Assembly: GCA_016204145.1 (NCBI GenBank) | Contig: JACQLK010000022.1 | Location: forward strand, 1-49,247 | DNA: 49,247 bases | Origin: Candidatus Pacearchaeota archaeon | GTDB lineage: Archaea > Nanobdellota > Nanobdellia > Pacearchaeales > GW2011-AR1 | Direction of reading: 5' to 3' | Shown here: in pieces, positions 10,750 through 19,345 of the stretch | Numbering within the stretch: the stretch's first letter is position 1 | How the letters are laid out: every line of letters starts with the position of its first letter | Position numbers and translations under genes: made by a program | The notes under the pieces: model-generated | Database searches by the model: none | Told to the model about the DNA's origin: nothing | Seen by the model: only the letters and a program-made list of their open reading frames with translations

Positions 10750-10930
10750 ATTCTTCTTGACTCATTAAACAGAATTTTTTTATCCCTCCGCCAAAATCTC
10801 CCGACTACTCGTCCGAAGAGGTCAAGGTTAATGTAAAATCGCGAATTTATAGTTATCATTCTTTGTCCCCCCGAATGAAGCGAGCCAAATTTTCGCGCAA
10901 ATTTAAACAATATCTTCTTATTAAACAAAT
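10750..10930 (+). repeat. Intergenic repeat, module C
   Basis: ATTCTTCTTGACT.ATTAAACAGAAT...AAAATCGCG.ATTTAT.GTTATCAT.CTTTGTC...GAAGCGAGCC shared with 14559-14780. Confidence 0.8.
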
Positions 10931-10954
10931 TCCCGCAAACCACAAACTAATTAA

Positions 10955-11635
10955 ATGATTTCTTATAAAAACTTTATTATGGAAGATGTTTTTAGAAATG
11001 AAATTAAAAAATTATCCTCTTCAGAAATTTTAGTTTCCCTTTATGATTTAATTATTCAAGATAGCTTGGAAAAAAATTTAAGGAAAGTTGACGGGTTGTA
11101 TCCCTTTGCAGAGACAAGCGATAATGAAGAATCCAGTTTTTTATCTTCAAGGCGTCTTCTGGACAAAGGGCTTGCCAAACGGGTTTTTATCATTGATGCC
11201 CCAAATAAAAACGGTTTCCCGGGTTTTGATTCTTGGTCGGATAAACTCTTAAAAAAATACGGCATCTCTGCATTGCCTGTTGATTTTTCATATTCCGGAG
11301 AATTTAACACTTTGACTGAAGCAGAGGCGTTAATAAGATATTCGATTAAAAACAACTTAAAGTCACTTTATATTCTTGCACCGAGATTTCATTTGCTGAG
11401 AGCATTCATGACCGCCTCCAGCGTCGTTATAAGGGAAAATCCTGAAATGAATTTATTTGCATATTCCGGAGCAGAGCAGGATTGGAATCAAACCGTAATT
11501 CATTCCCAAGGGATTGTCAAAGGGAAGAGAATTGATTTAATCGCGGGCGAGATGGAACGCATAAAAAAATATCAACTCATGGGAGATTTGGAATCCACGG
11601 AGAAAATTATTGAATATATTTTGCACAGAAAATGA
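10955..11635 (+). CDS. YdcF/DUF218-like protein (start may be ATG 10979)
   Basis: NTLTEA and ILAPRFHLLRA resemble the DUF218 nT.eNa and fH..RA motifs. Confidence 0.55.
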   Translation: MISYKNFIMEDVFRNEIKKLSSSEILVSLYDLIIQDSLEKNLRKVDGLYPFAETSDNEESSFLSSRRLLDKGLAKRVFIIDAPNKNGFPGFDSWSDKLLKKYGISALPVDFSYSGEFNTLTEAEALIRYSIKNNLKSLYILAPRFHLLRAFMTASSVVIRENPEMNLFAYSGAEQDWNQTVIHSQGIVKGKRIDLIAGEMERIKKYQLMGDLESTEKIIEYILHRK

Positions 11636-11641
11636 TATATC

Positions 11642-11656
11642 CAAATTCTTAAAAAC
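11642..11656 (+). promoter_or_regulatory. Putative BRE/TATA promoter element CAAATTCTTAAAAAC
   Basis: Ends 21 nt before ATG 11677; identical to 3863-3877. Confidence 0.5.
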
Positions 11657-11676
11657 TTATTTTTCTTTTTTGTTCA

Positions 11677-12906
11677 ATGAAAATTATAGCGGATTTGCAG
11701 ATACATTCGCGTTATGCGAGAGCGACTTCGAAAGACATAACAATTGACAATCTTGAAAAATGGGCGAAAATAAAAGGACTCGACTTAATCGGGACAGGGG
11801 ATTTTCAGCATCCTCTTTGGCGGAAAGAAATTGACGAAAAATTAATTGAGGATGACAATGGAATTTTGAGGACGAAAGGCGGATTTCCTTTTTTGTGGCA
11901 GACAGAAATCAGTTTGATGTTCTCGGATAACGGAAGAAGGGCCGTGCATCTTCTTGTTTTTGTTCCAAACAGAAAAATAGCCGATGAATTTACAAAATAT
12001 CTTCTTGGGAAGGGAAGAATTGATTATGACGGGAGGCCGATTTTTGGAATTACATGCGAAGATTTTGTCAAGGACTTAAAAAACATCGACGATAAAATAG
12101 AAATAATCCCCGCGCATTGCATGACCCCTTGGTTTGGAATTTTTGGAAGCAAGTCGGGATTTAATTCCCTGAAGGACTGCTTCAAAAGCCAAACAGAAAA
12201 GATTTACGCGATTGAGTCGGGAATGTCGGCAAATCCAGAAATGCTATGGAGATTTCAGGAATTTATCGACGGAAAAATAAACATCGTTAGTTTTTCAGAC
12301 ATGCACAGTTTTTGGCCGTGGAGAATCGGGCGGGAAGCCACGGTTTTTGAAATTCCGGAATTGAGTTATGAAAACATAATAAAAGCGATTCGCACAGGCG
12401 TCGGATTGAAAGGAACAATAGAGACGCCGCCTGAATACGGAAAATATCATTATGACGGGCACAGAAATTGCAATTTTTCATCCTCTTACGAAGAGACGAA
12501 AAAACTCAACGGCATTTGTCCGATATGCAAAAAGCCGCTCATCATCGGCGTGGATTACAGAGTCGAGGAAATTGCAAAAGAGCAAAAAGGATTCAAGCCG
12601 AAAAACGCAAAAGAATTTTATTCGTTCATACCTTTGCATGAATTAATCTCCATTCTTTACGAGACGCCAATGGCCTCAAAAAAATCATGGGCAATTTACA
12701 ACAATATGATTGAGAAATTCGGAAACGAGTTAAATATTTTGATGAACGTTTCAAAAGAGGAATTTGTAAAAAAAGAAACCGACGAAAATCTCACGGAGCT
12801 GATTCTGAAAAGCCGCGACGGAAAAATAAAAGTCAAGCCGGGATACGACGGAGAATACGGAAAAGTTTTGATTGGAGAACGGGAGAAGCAGGGGAAGTTG
12901 ATTTGA
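11677..12906 (+). CDS. Endonuclease Q family protein (PHP domain plus zinc finger)
   Basis: ADLQIHSRY, GTGDF, DGRP, IPAH..TPW, SFSDMHS, GKYHYDGHRNC..CPIC, PGYDGEYG. Confidence 0.88.
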   Translation: MKIIADLQIHSRYARATSKDITIDNLEKWAKIKGLDLIGTGDFQHPLWRKEIDEKLIEDDNGILRTKGGFPFLWQTEISLMFSDNGRRAVHLLVFVPNRKIADEFTKYLLGKGRIDYDGRPIFGITCEDFVKDLKNIDDKIEIIPAHCMTPWFGIFGSKSGFNSLKDCFKSQTEKIYAIESGMSANPEMLWRFQEFIDGKINIVSFSDMHSFWPWRIGREATVFEIPELSYENIIKAIRTGVGLKGTIETPPEYGKYHYDGHRNCNFSSSYEETKKLNGICPICKKPLIIGVDYRVEEIAKEQKGFKPKNAKEFYSFIPLHELISILYETPMASKKSWAIYNNMIEKFGNELNILMNVSKEEFVKKETDENLTELILKSRDGKIKVKPGYDGEYGKVLIGEREKQGKLI

Positions 12907-12931
12907 TTTTTAAAATTTTATTTTTATTAAT

Positions 12932-13092
12932 TCCGCCCCCCTAAGACCAGAAGAGAAAAAATTTGTTTCACTTCGTTTAAATATTAACGGCTTCGCGCCA
13001 GGTTTCATCAAGGCACTTCGCGAAATAAAAACGTTAATTGGCAATTCCGCCCTTTAATTTTTATGGGATTTTCTTGATTAACATTTTTTCTT
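12932..13092 (+). repeat. Intergenic repeat, module B plus GTTAAT...ATTAACATTTTTTC end
   Basis: Similar to 5281-5425. Confidence 0.8.
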
Positions 13093-13126
13093 TATGAAAA
13101 ACTTATACGACCGTTGGATATAAAAA

Positions 13127-13288
13127 TTATAAATCAATTGACGATACAGCATAGGTTTTATGGGGTTGGAGTTTTTTATATCCAAATTTCAAGAATTTGT
13201 AATGCGCGTCTTTCGTCTGATTTTTGCAGTTTTGGCAGATTTTTTTCAGAGTATGATCTTTGCAGGAAGGGCATTTTTTTAATTTCAC
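13127..13288 (-). CDS. nop10: H/ACA ribonucleoprotein subunit Nop10
   Basis: GTG start overlapping the upstream TGA; KLKKCPSC..HTLK..CQNC..T..AH..F zinc ribbon; downstream of aIF2-alpha as in many archaea. Confidence 0.75.
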   Translation of the reverse strand: MKLKKCPSCKDHTLKKICQNCKNQTKDAHYKFLKFGYKKLQPHKTYAVSSIDL

Positions 13289-13713
13289 TTCAACCCCATC
13301 AGATATTCCTTCAGATTCGGATGCAAGGAAACACCGAAACATTTCTCAATCTTGTCGGGAGAGATCCATTTTGAGTCCTCGTATTCTTCGCTCAACTTTT
13401 TCTTTCCTCCGGAGATTTCACACAAATAATACACCGACAGAAGCCCGTTTTTCTCGGAATAGGTTTTTACGAAAACAGAACCCAAAATTTCAATTGCGAG
13501 CCCTGTTTTCCCCCTTATCTTTCTCTTTAATTCCATTTCAATATCGTCGCCATAATTTATCTTTGTTCCGGGAAAGCACCATGTCAATCCGGTTATATGC
13601 GAAGGCTTTTTTCTTTTTACTATAAGAATTTTTTTTGAAGCCGTGTCAAATAAAATTCCGAGGGCTATGTTCAGCGGCGCCTTTCTTTCAGAAAGCTGAA
13701 TCATCTCTGCCAT
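13285..13713 (-). CDS. NUDIX-fold protein with degenerate Nudix box
   Basis: ILIVKR..WCFPG..G; REuxEE replaced by RKIRGK. Confidence 0.7.
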   Translation of the reverse strand: MAEMIQLSERKAPLNIALGILFDTASKKILIVKRKKPSHITGLTWCFPGTKINYGDDIEMELKRKIRGKTGLAIEILGSVFVKTYSEKNGLLSVYYLCEISGGKKKLSEEYEDSKWISPDKIEKCFGVSLHPNLKEYLMGLK

Positions 13714-13786
13714 ACCGACAATAATCCTCTTCTTTATTTAAGCTTTGTGATATTCTGTTGCCATGGAAAAATGAAAGCATTTTTTG

Positions 13787-14494
13787 TCACTTAATGCTGA
13801 ATTCAACCCGATTTTCTTTTGCCTTTTTTTCAATCTTTTCAACCGCTTCCCTCATTTTTCTGTCCGCTTTTTTGAAATCTGTAGATTCCGTTTTTACGGA
13901 ATATTTTCCCGCTGCGAGGTATTTTATTTCAGCGTCGCTGTCCGAGAAGACGGATTTTATGAGATTTATTCCGTCAGGCAATTCCGTCTTTAAAAAAATT
14001 TCCTTTTTTATGACCGCTTTTTTTTGTTTTTGCGCGGTTAAAATTTCAAGAATTTTTTCCGCCCCGGTTTTTCCAACGAGTTTTTCAAGCTTATTCGGGT
14101 TCTCTTTTATTTCTCCAAGAAAATCGTAAACGCTGCTTTCTTTTTTTATTTTTTCGATTATTTCCTCTGATTTTTCGCCGAGAATCTTTCTCAGGATGCT
14201 GAAAAAAGCCATTTCCTGCTGGTATTTCTCCATGACTTCCTTTCTTTCTTTTGAAGAGACCCTCCTCAAAGACAATTCCGCGTTTCCGCTGCCCGAAACT
14301 CTCAATACCTTGCAAACAATTTTCTTTTTCGGAACAACATAATCCCTGAGATTTCGTATTCTCCCCGGAGCAATCTCCGACGTAGTTATGCTTCCGTCCA
14401 CTTCCTTTCCCTCGAAAAATATTTTCACAAACACTATCGTGTTTTCTATTCTTTCAACAGAGCACAAAACAATGTCTCCTTCTTCCAAAGCCAT
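13787..14494 (-). CDS. eif2a: Translation initiation factor aIF2 alpha subunit
   Basis: S1 domain EEGDIVLCSV, SEIAPGRIRNLRDYV, ELSLRRV; C-terminal YLAAGKY. Confidence 0.85.
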   Translation of the reverse strand: MALEEGDIVLCSVERIENTIVFVKIFFEGKEVDGSITTSEIAPGRIRNLRDYVVPKKKIVCKVLRVSGSGNAELSLRRVSSKERKEVMEKYQQEMAFFSILRKILGEKSEEIIEKIKKESSVYDFLGEIKENPNKLEKLVGKTGAEKILEILTAQKQKKAVIKKEIFLKTELPDGINLIKSVFSDSDAEIKYLAAGKYSVKTESTDFKKADRKMREAVEKIEKKAKENRVEFSIK

Positions 14495-14558
14495 AAATTT
14501 TATAGAGAAAAAAGCTTTTTAATACTAACGATTCACCGGGTTTGTTTAGAAGGTCCCG

Positions 14559-14780
14559 ATTCTTCTTGACTTATTAAACAGAATATTTTTTCATCCCGCC
14601 AACTCGTGCCCTGATTTATTATTAATATAAAAATTACTTAAATCAAAGCACTCACCCACTCCAGACAAAAACTTATGTTAGCATAAAATCGCGGATTTAT
14701 CGTTATCATCCTTTGTCATCGCGAGAGAAGCGAGCCGATTTTTCATTGTAAATTTAAACAAAATCCATTTATTGAACAAA
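14559..14780 (+). repeat. Intergenic repeat, module C
   Basis: Similar to 10750-10930 with an extra internal segment. Confidence 0.8.
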
Positions 14781-14786
14781 ATCAAA

Positions 14787-15152
14787 TCACTCCGAATGCG
14801 CTCTTAATATTCTCAGCTGCGAAAATATCCTGTCTTTTTCCCTCATTGCCCTTTTATCCTGCCTGTTCTTTTCAAAATGTTTCATAACTTTATTGAGCTT
14901 TCCCTCGATGTTTTTCAAATCAGGGTTTACGTATTTGTTTTTTTCCTTTAAAATTCTGGATATCTTTTTCCCGTGCTCTTTAGGATGTATCCCCTGTTTT
15001 CTGAGGGCTTCGCCTATTTTTTCAGACGTTATTCCCGTTTCAGCAAGTTCCAAGACGCGCTTTTCAAACTCCGATCCGGAAAGTTTTTTTGAGATGATTT
15101 TTCCTTCGCTTTCCGAGGGCGCTTTCTTTTTTTCAGTTTTTTTTCTTGCCAT
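14787..15152 (-). CDS. rps15: 30S ribosomal protein uS15 (short, divergent)
   Basis: VLELAETGITSEKIGEALR..GI, PDLKNI, KHFEKNRQDKRA match archaeal S15/S13e. Confidence 0.8.
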   Translation of the reverse strand: MARKKTEKKKAPSESEGKIISKKLSGSEFEKRVLELAETGITSEKIGEALRKQGIHPKEHGKKISRILKEKNKYVNPDLKNIEGKLNKVMKHFEKNRQDKRAMREKDRIFSQLRILRAHSE

Positions 15153-15251
15153 TTTTTTAATTGCCGTTTTTGATTTTTAAATCTATTGATTGATTTTTTG
15201 GAGATATTTATTTCGGTCTAAAAATCCATTTTTTTATCCAAATAATTTGTT

Positions 15252-15580
15252 CCCACCCGCCCATCCCATAATGAGCGAATAAAAAATAATTTTCAAACTG
15301 AATTTTCTTGCAAAGTCGTTCGCCGTCCGCCCTATTCGCGTCCTGACTTTGCCATTGATAAAATAAAATTTGTCAAAGTCAAAACTCTTGCCATCCGACA
15401 CCTTTGGCGCCGGCAAAAAAGATTCCGACCAATTGATATAAAATTAATTAAATTAAAATACCCATCCCGCAAAATAATATTAATTCTAAAACCCGACGCC
15501 ATAATTGATGAGAATAATTCCCAAATCAACGGATAAAATCGCAACTGAATCCGGAGAGTTAACATTTTTTCAGATGACTT
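15252..15580 (+). repeat. Degenerate intergenic repeat region with G4-type tract
   Basis: CCCACCCGCCCATCCC at 15252-15267; ends in GTTAACATTTTTTCAGA at ~15558-15574. Confidence 0.6.
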
Positions 15581-15701
15581 TCGCGAATTTTCTTATATCC
15601 TAAGCGGTTATTTTCTTCCATCCCCTTCCGCAAACAAATTGAAAAATATTTAAATGCGGAAAAATTGGCTTTATAATATAATTGTCTAAAATTGAGGATA
15701 A

Positions 15702-16490
15702 ATGGGGAAAACGATTGGGGTGATGAGTTTGAAGGGAGGAGTCGGAAAGACGTCAAGCGTCGTGGCTCTCGGCGACGCAATTTCTGAATTGGGAAAAAAA
15801 GCGCTTTTAATCGACGGAAACCTCTCCGCGCCGAATCTCGGCCTGCATTTGAATCTTCTCGGGTTTCCGACGCTGCACCACGTTCTTGCGAGAAGGGCGA
15901 ACATTCGCGATTCTATTCACAAAATGGAAAATTTCGACATTATTCCGTCGTCGATTCTTTACAGCTCGAAATTGAATCCCTTGGAATTAAGGGACAGAAT
16001 AAGCCCGCTTAAAAAAAGATATGATGCGATAATAATTGATTCTTCTCCGGCGCTGAACGAGGAGACGCTTGCGGTAATGCTTGCCTCCGACGGAGTTATC
16101 GTCGTGACAACCCCCGACATTCCTTCTTTGAGCATGGCAATGAAAGCAGTGAGAATGGCGAGGCAAAGAGACATCTTGGTAATCGGATTGATATTGAACA
16201 AAGTGCATGACAAATATTTTGATTTGTCAATTGAAGAAATAGAAGACACTCTCGGCGTTCCAGTGCTGGCGGTAATCCCATATGACACGGACATTCAAAA
16301 ATCGCTTTACGAGTTCATGCCCTTGACACAATACAATCCGAATTCAAACGCAAGCACGGAATATAAAAAACTCGCCGGCGTTTTAATCGGAGAAAAATAC
16401 CGTCCGTCCGGATTCAGGGAATTTTTTAAAACCTCTCCAAAGAAGGAAGAAATCAACAGAGAGATTTATTATCATAGGGTTTTTGGATGA
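15702..16490 (+). CDS. MinD/ParA-family ATPase
   Basis: Deviant Walker A KGGVGKT; IDGN, IIDSSP, ILNKV, IPYD. Confidence 0.9.
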   Translation: MGKTIGVMSLKGGVGKTSSVVALGDAISELGKKALLIDGNLSAPNLGLHLNLLGFPTLHHVLARRANIRDSIHKMENFDIIPSSILYSSKLNPLELRDRISPLKKRYDAIIIDSSPALNEETLAVMLASDGVIVVTTPDIPSLSMAMKAVRMARQRDILVIGLILNKVHDKYFDLSIEEIEDTLGVPVLAVIPYDTDIQKSLYEFMPLTQYNPNSNASTEYKKLAGVLIGEKYRPSGFREFFKTSPKKEEINREIYYHRVFG

Positions 16491-16532
16491 ATTCATTCAA
16501 AACTTTGGATTATCTTCTTTCAATTTTTTTTC

Positions 16533-16550
16533 ATAGCCCCGCCCGGATTC
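16533..16550 (-). repeat. 18-bp duplication of the tRNA-Gln 3' end (att-like)
   Basis: ATAGCCCCGCCCGGATTC identical at 16533-16550 and 16641-16658. Confidence 0.85.
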
Positions 16551-16641
16551 AAAGCAGAACCGTCCAGCGGGGTTCTGCACCTCCAGCAACCGCAAACAAT
16601 CATGGGGTTTTAGCAAACCCAAACATTCTTTCAGAATGTTA

Positions 16642-16734
16642 TAGCCCCGCCCGGATTCGAACCGGGGTCACAGCCTTTCCATATTTCAAACAAATTTCAA
16701 AGGGCCGTATCCTTGACCGCTAGACTACGGGGCT
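16642..16734 (-). tRNA. tRNA-Gln(TTG) with 20-nt intron at 37/38 (16677-16696)
   Basis: A1-U72 acceptor AGCCCCG typical of archaeal Gln; CGGCC-CTTTGA|intron|A-GGCTG; GGTTCGAATCC. Confidence 0.9.
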
Positions 16735-17019
16735 TTTAGATAAAATGAGATAACAGTTTATAAGAATTTTGAATTTTTTAAATTCAGTTAATTTGCGACA
16801 ACCTTGTTATTTTTCAATTTTTTTGCAAGCATTCCGCTCATCTTCCCAAGCCGATTTTAATCAAAACCGCCCCTGTTCACATTTACGGCATTGTTTGGAG
16901 ATTAATATTTTTCAATCAACAGGAATTAGCGGAGCGGCTTTTATAGGATATTTTATCATAAAATTTCTCTGCCAGTCAAAAGAAAGCAAAAGATAAGTTG
17001 CCTGTTGAACAGTAAAGCG

Positions 17020-17088
17020 AGGTTAACTCCGACAAATTCGATTAACGGTTATAGCGGGATTTGCACATTAACTTTTTTCAGATAATTC
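17020..17088 (+). repeat. Partial intergenic repeat (GTTAAC..ATTAAC..ACATTAACTTTTTTCAGATAATT)
   Basis: Shares the terminal motif of the repeat family. Confidence 0.6.
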
Positions 17089-17208
17089 AAAATGATTGCC
17101 ATTCCTGCTACGTCTCAAAAAACAATTTTGATCTTCAACCGCGTTTTAAAGTATTAATTCTATTTTCTGCATTGGAAATATTTAAATATAATGCTCCGAT
17201 AAAATAAC

Positions 17209-17406
17209 ATGGCGTTTGGAAGATTTTTTTGGTTTTTGATTTGCCTTGCGTTCGGAGGATATCTCATCAATTATTCGCTGCAATTTTATCCCATAGACGA
17301 AGTTTTTTCCGGAATGAACAAATACGCAATCCTCATCGCCGGAGCGCTTCTAATCCTCGGCGGAATTAACCGCCTTCTTGCGAGAAAACACGGCAATTCT
17401 GAATAA
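17209..17406 (+). CDS. Small two-TM membrane protein
   Basis: TATA-like TTTAAATA about 20 nt upstream; two hydrophobic helices. Confidence 0.65.
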   Translation: MAFGRFFWFLICLAFGGYLINYSLQFYPIDEVFSGMNKYAILIAGALLILGGINRLLARKHGNSE

Positions 17407-17434
17407 GGTTTATATATATAATTTCCATCTTTTT

Positions 17435-19336
17435 ATGATGAAAAAAAGGGGGAGAAGAGTTTATTTTTCCGGAGAAAGTCCGCTTAAAAAAAACCGCGGA
17501 CAACTCACTATTTTTATAATAATTGCGATTGCAATCGTTTCAGCAGCAGTGTTATTTTTTGCATTAAGGGAAAACATTTTCAACGCAATAATCGTTCCGA
17601 AAGACCTGCAGCCGGTTTACAACACATTTTTAAGTTGCATACAAGACAGCGCTTCCGTCGGAATAAACGTTCTCGGTTCGCAAGGCGGCTACATTCAGTT
17701 GCCGGAATTTTCTCCTGGAAGCTCTCACACTCCTTTTTCATCGCAATTGAATTTTTTGGGAAATCCGATTCCTTATTGGCATTATGTTTCCGGAAACAAT
17801 ATTGAAAGGACGCAAATTCCTTCCAAAACAATAATGCAGAATCAGCTCGGGGAATTTCTTGACAGCAGAATCAGGGGATGCCGATTTGACGAATATTATG
17901 ACGAGGGCTTTCAAATTTTCGTAGGGGAGCCGAAGACAAGCGTGACAATAATGGACGACAGCGTAGAATTTTCTGTTGACGCGGAAATGTCAATAAGCAG
18001 AGAAGATGAAACTGCGCTCGTAAAAAATCACAAGGTGACGATTGATTCGGAAATCGGAAACCTGTACGACTCCGCGGTTAAAATTTACGAGTACGAGCAG
18101 GACAATTTATTCCTTGAAAATTACGGAGTTGACGTTTTGCGGCTGTACGCTCCGGTCGACGGAGTTGAATTGAAATGCTCTCCTTTGGTTTGGAACGCAA
18201 ACGACGTTTTTGAAAAACTGAAAGAAGCGATAGAGTCAAACACTCTTGCAATAAAAACAAAAAGCGGATTGCTCTCTGCAAATGCGGGCGACAAATATTT
18301 CTTCCCGGGAATTTCCGTTCCGCACGACGTGAGATTTTTGAATTCAAGAAATTGGTCGAGCGCGTTCGAAGTGAGTCCTTCAGAGGGAGCAATTCTTTTG
18401 TCGACTCCGGTCGGAACCCAGCCCGGTTTAGGAGCATTGGGATTTTGCTATGTTCCGTATCATTTTGTTTACAGCATGAAATATCCGGTTCTCGTGCAGA
18501 TTTCAGGGAAAAAAGAAACATTCCAGTTTCCCGTTGCAGTAGTCATTCAAGGAAATGTTCCAAGAAAGGCGATGGAAAATTCCACCGCGATTCAGGTGGA
18601 TATTCCGGAATTGTGCAGCCAGAAAAACACTTTGGCAGAGGTTTCTGTTTTTGACGAGAATTTGAATCCGATAAACGCAAATGTTTCCTACTCGTGCGCC
18701 GGAACCGAATGCAGGATAGGAGAAACGTCGTCGGGAAAAGTTTCCGCAATGTTCCCGCAATGCGTCAACGGATTTGTTATTGCAACAGCGGATGGATTTG
18801 AAGAGACGAAACAGCTTTATTCCGTCGTTGAAAACGCAAACGTTAATATTTTCATGAATCAAATTTACGATAAGAACGTAAATTTGAAAATCGACGGAAA
18901 GGATTACGAAGGGCAGGCGACGATAACCTTTGCCTCTGAAGAGGGAAATTCAAGAACCGTCGTTTATCCGGAGCGAAAAACAGTCAAACTCTCGGAAGGG
19001 CAATACGAAGTTCAGGTTTATGTTTACAGGAATTCTTCGCTGACAATAGGCGCGAAAACCGTCGAGGAATGCGTCGACGTTCCTCAAACGGGAGTCGGCG
19101 GATTTTTCGGATTCAACAGGGAGAAATGCTTCAAGATTGACTTTCCGGCGGAGGTTGTTTCAAACGCGCTTGCCGGAGGAGGGAGTCAGAATTATTACGT
19201 TTTGGAATCAGAGCTTAAAAATTCAAACATCATTGAAATAAACGTAGACGGATTGCCTTTGCCGACGTCGATAGATCAGTTGCAACAAAATTATATTTTG
19301 CTTGAGGACAAGGGGTTGAAAATAAATTTCAGATAA
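17435..19336 (+). CDS. Large pilin-like protein with class III signal peptide
   Basis: KKNRG|QLTIFIII plus hydrophobic helix; Cys-rich body; TATA box at ~17409-17418. Confidence 0.75.
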   Translation: MMKKRGRRVYFSGESPLKKNRGQLTIFIIIAIAIVSAAVLFFALRENIFNAIIVPKDLQPVYNTFLSCIQDSASVGINVLGSQGGYIQLPEFSPGSSHTPFSSQLNFLGNPIPYWHYVSGNNIERTQIPSKTIMQNQLGEFLDSRIRGCRFDEYYDEGFQIFVGEPKTSVTIMDDSVEFSVDAEMSISREDETALVKNHKVTIDSEIGNLYDSAVKIYEYEQDNLFLENYGVDVLRLYAPVDGVELKCSPLVWNANDVFEKLKEAIESNTLAIKTKSGLLSANAGDKYFFPGISVPHDVRFLNSRNWSSAFEVSPSEGAILLSTPVGTQPGLGALGFCYVPYHFVYSMKYPVLVQISGKKETFQFPVAVVIQGNVPRKAMENSTAIQVDIPELCSQKNTLAEVSVFDENLNPINANVSYSCAGTECRIGETSSGKVSAMFPQCVNGFVIATADGFEETKQLYSVVENANVNIFMNQIYDKNVNLKIDGKDYEGQATITFASEEGNSRTVVYPERKTVKLSEGQYEVQVYVYRNSSLTIGAKTVEECVDVPQTGVGGFFGFNREKCFKIDFPAEVVSNALAGGGSQNYYVLESELKNSNIIEINVDGLPLPTSIDQLQQNYILLEDKGLKINFR

Positions 19337-19345
19337 AATGATAAG

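Noticed and set aside
14660-14690. TTATGTTA as a dif/XerD arm
   Set aside because: No matching opposite arm at 6-bp spacing; it is part of the repeat family's ATGTTA motif.
15153-15701. Replication origin next to the MinD/ParA-like gene
   Set aside because: No recognisable ORB repeats and no orc1/cdc6 gene nearby; the content is explained by repeat-family sequence.
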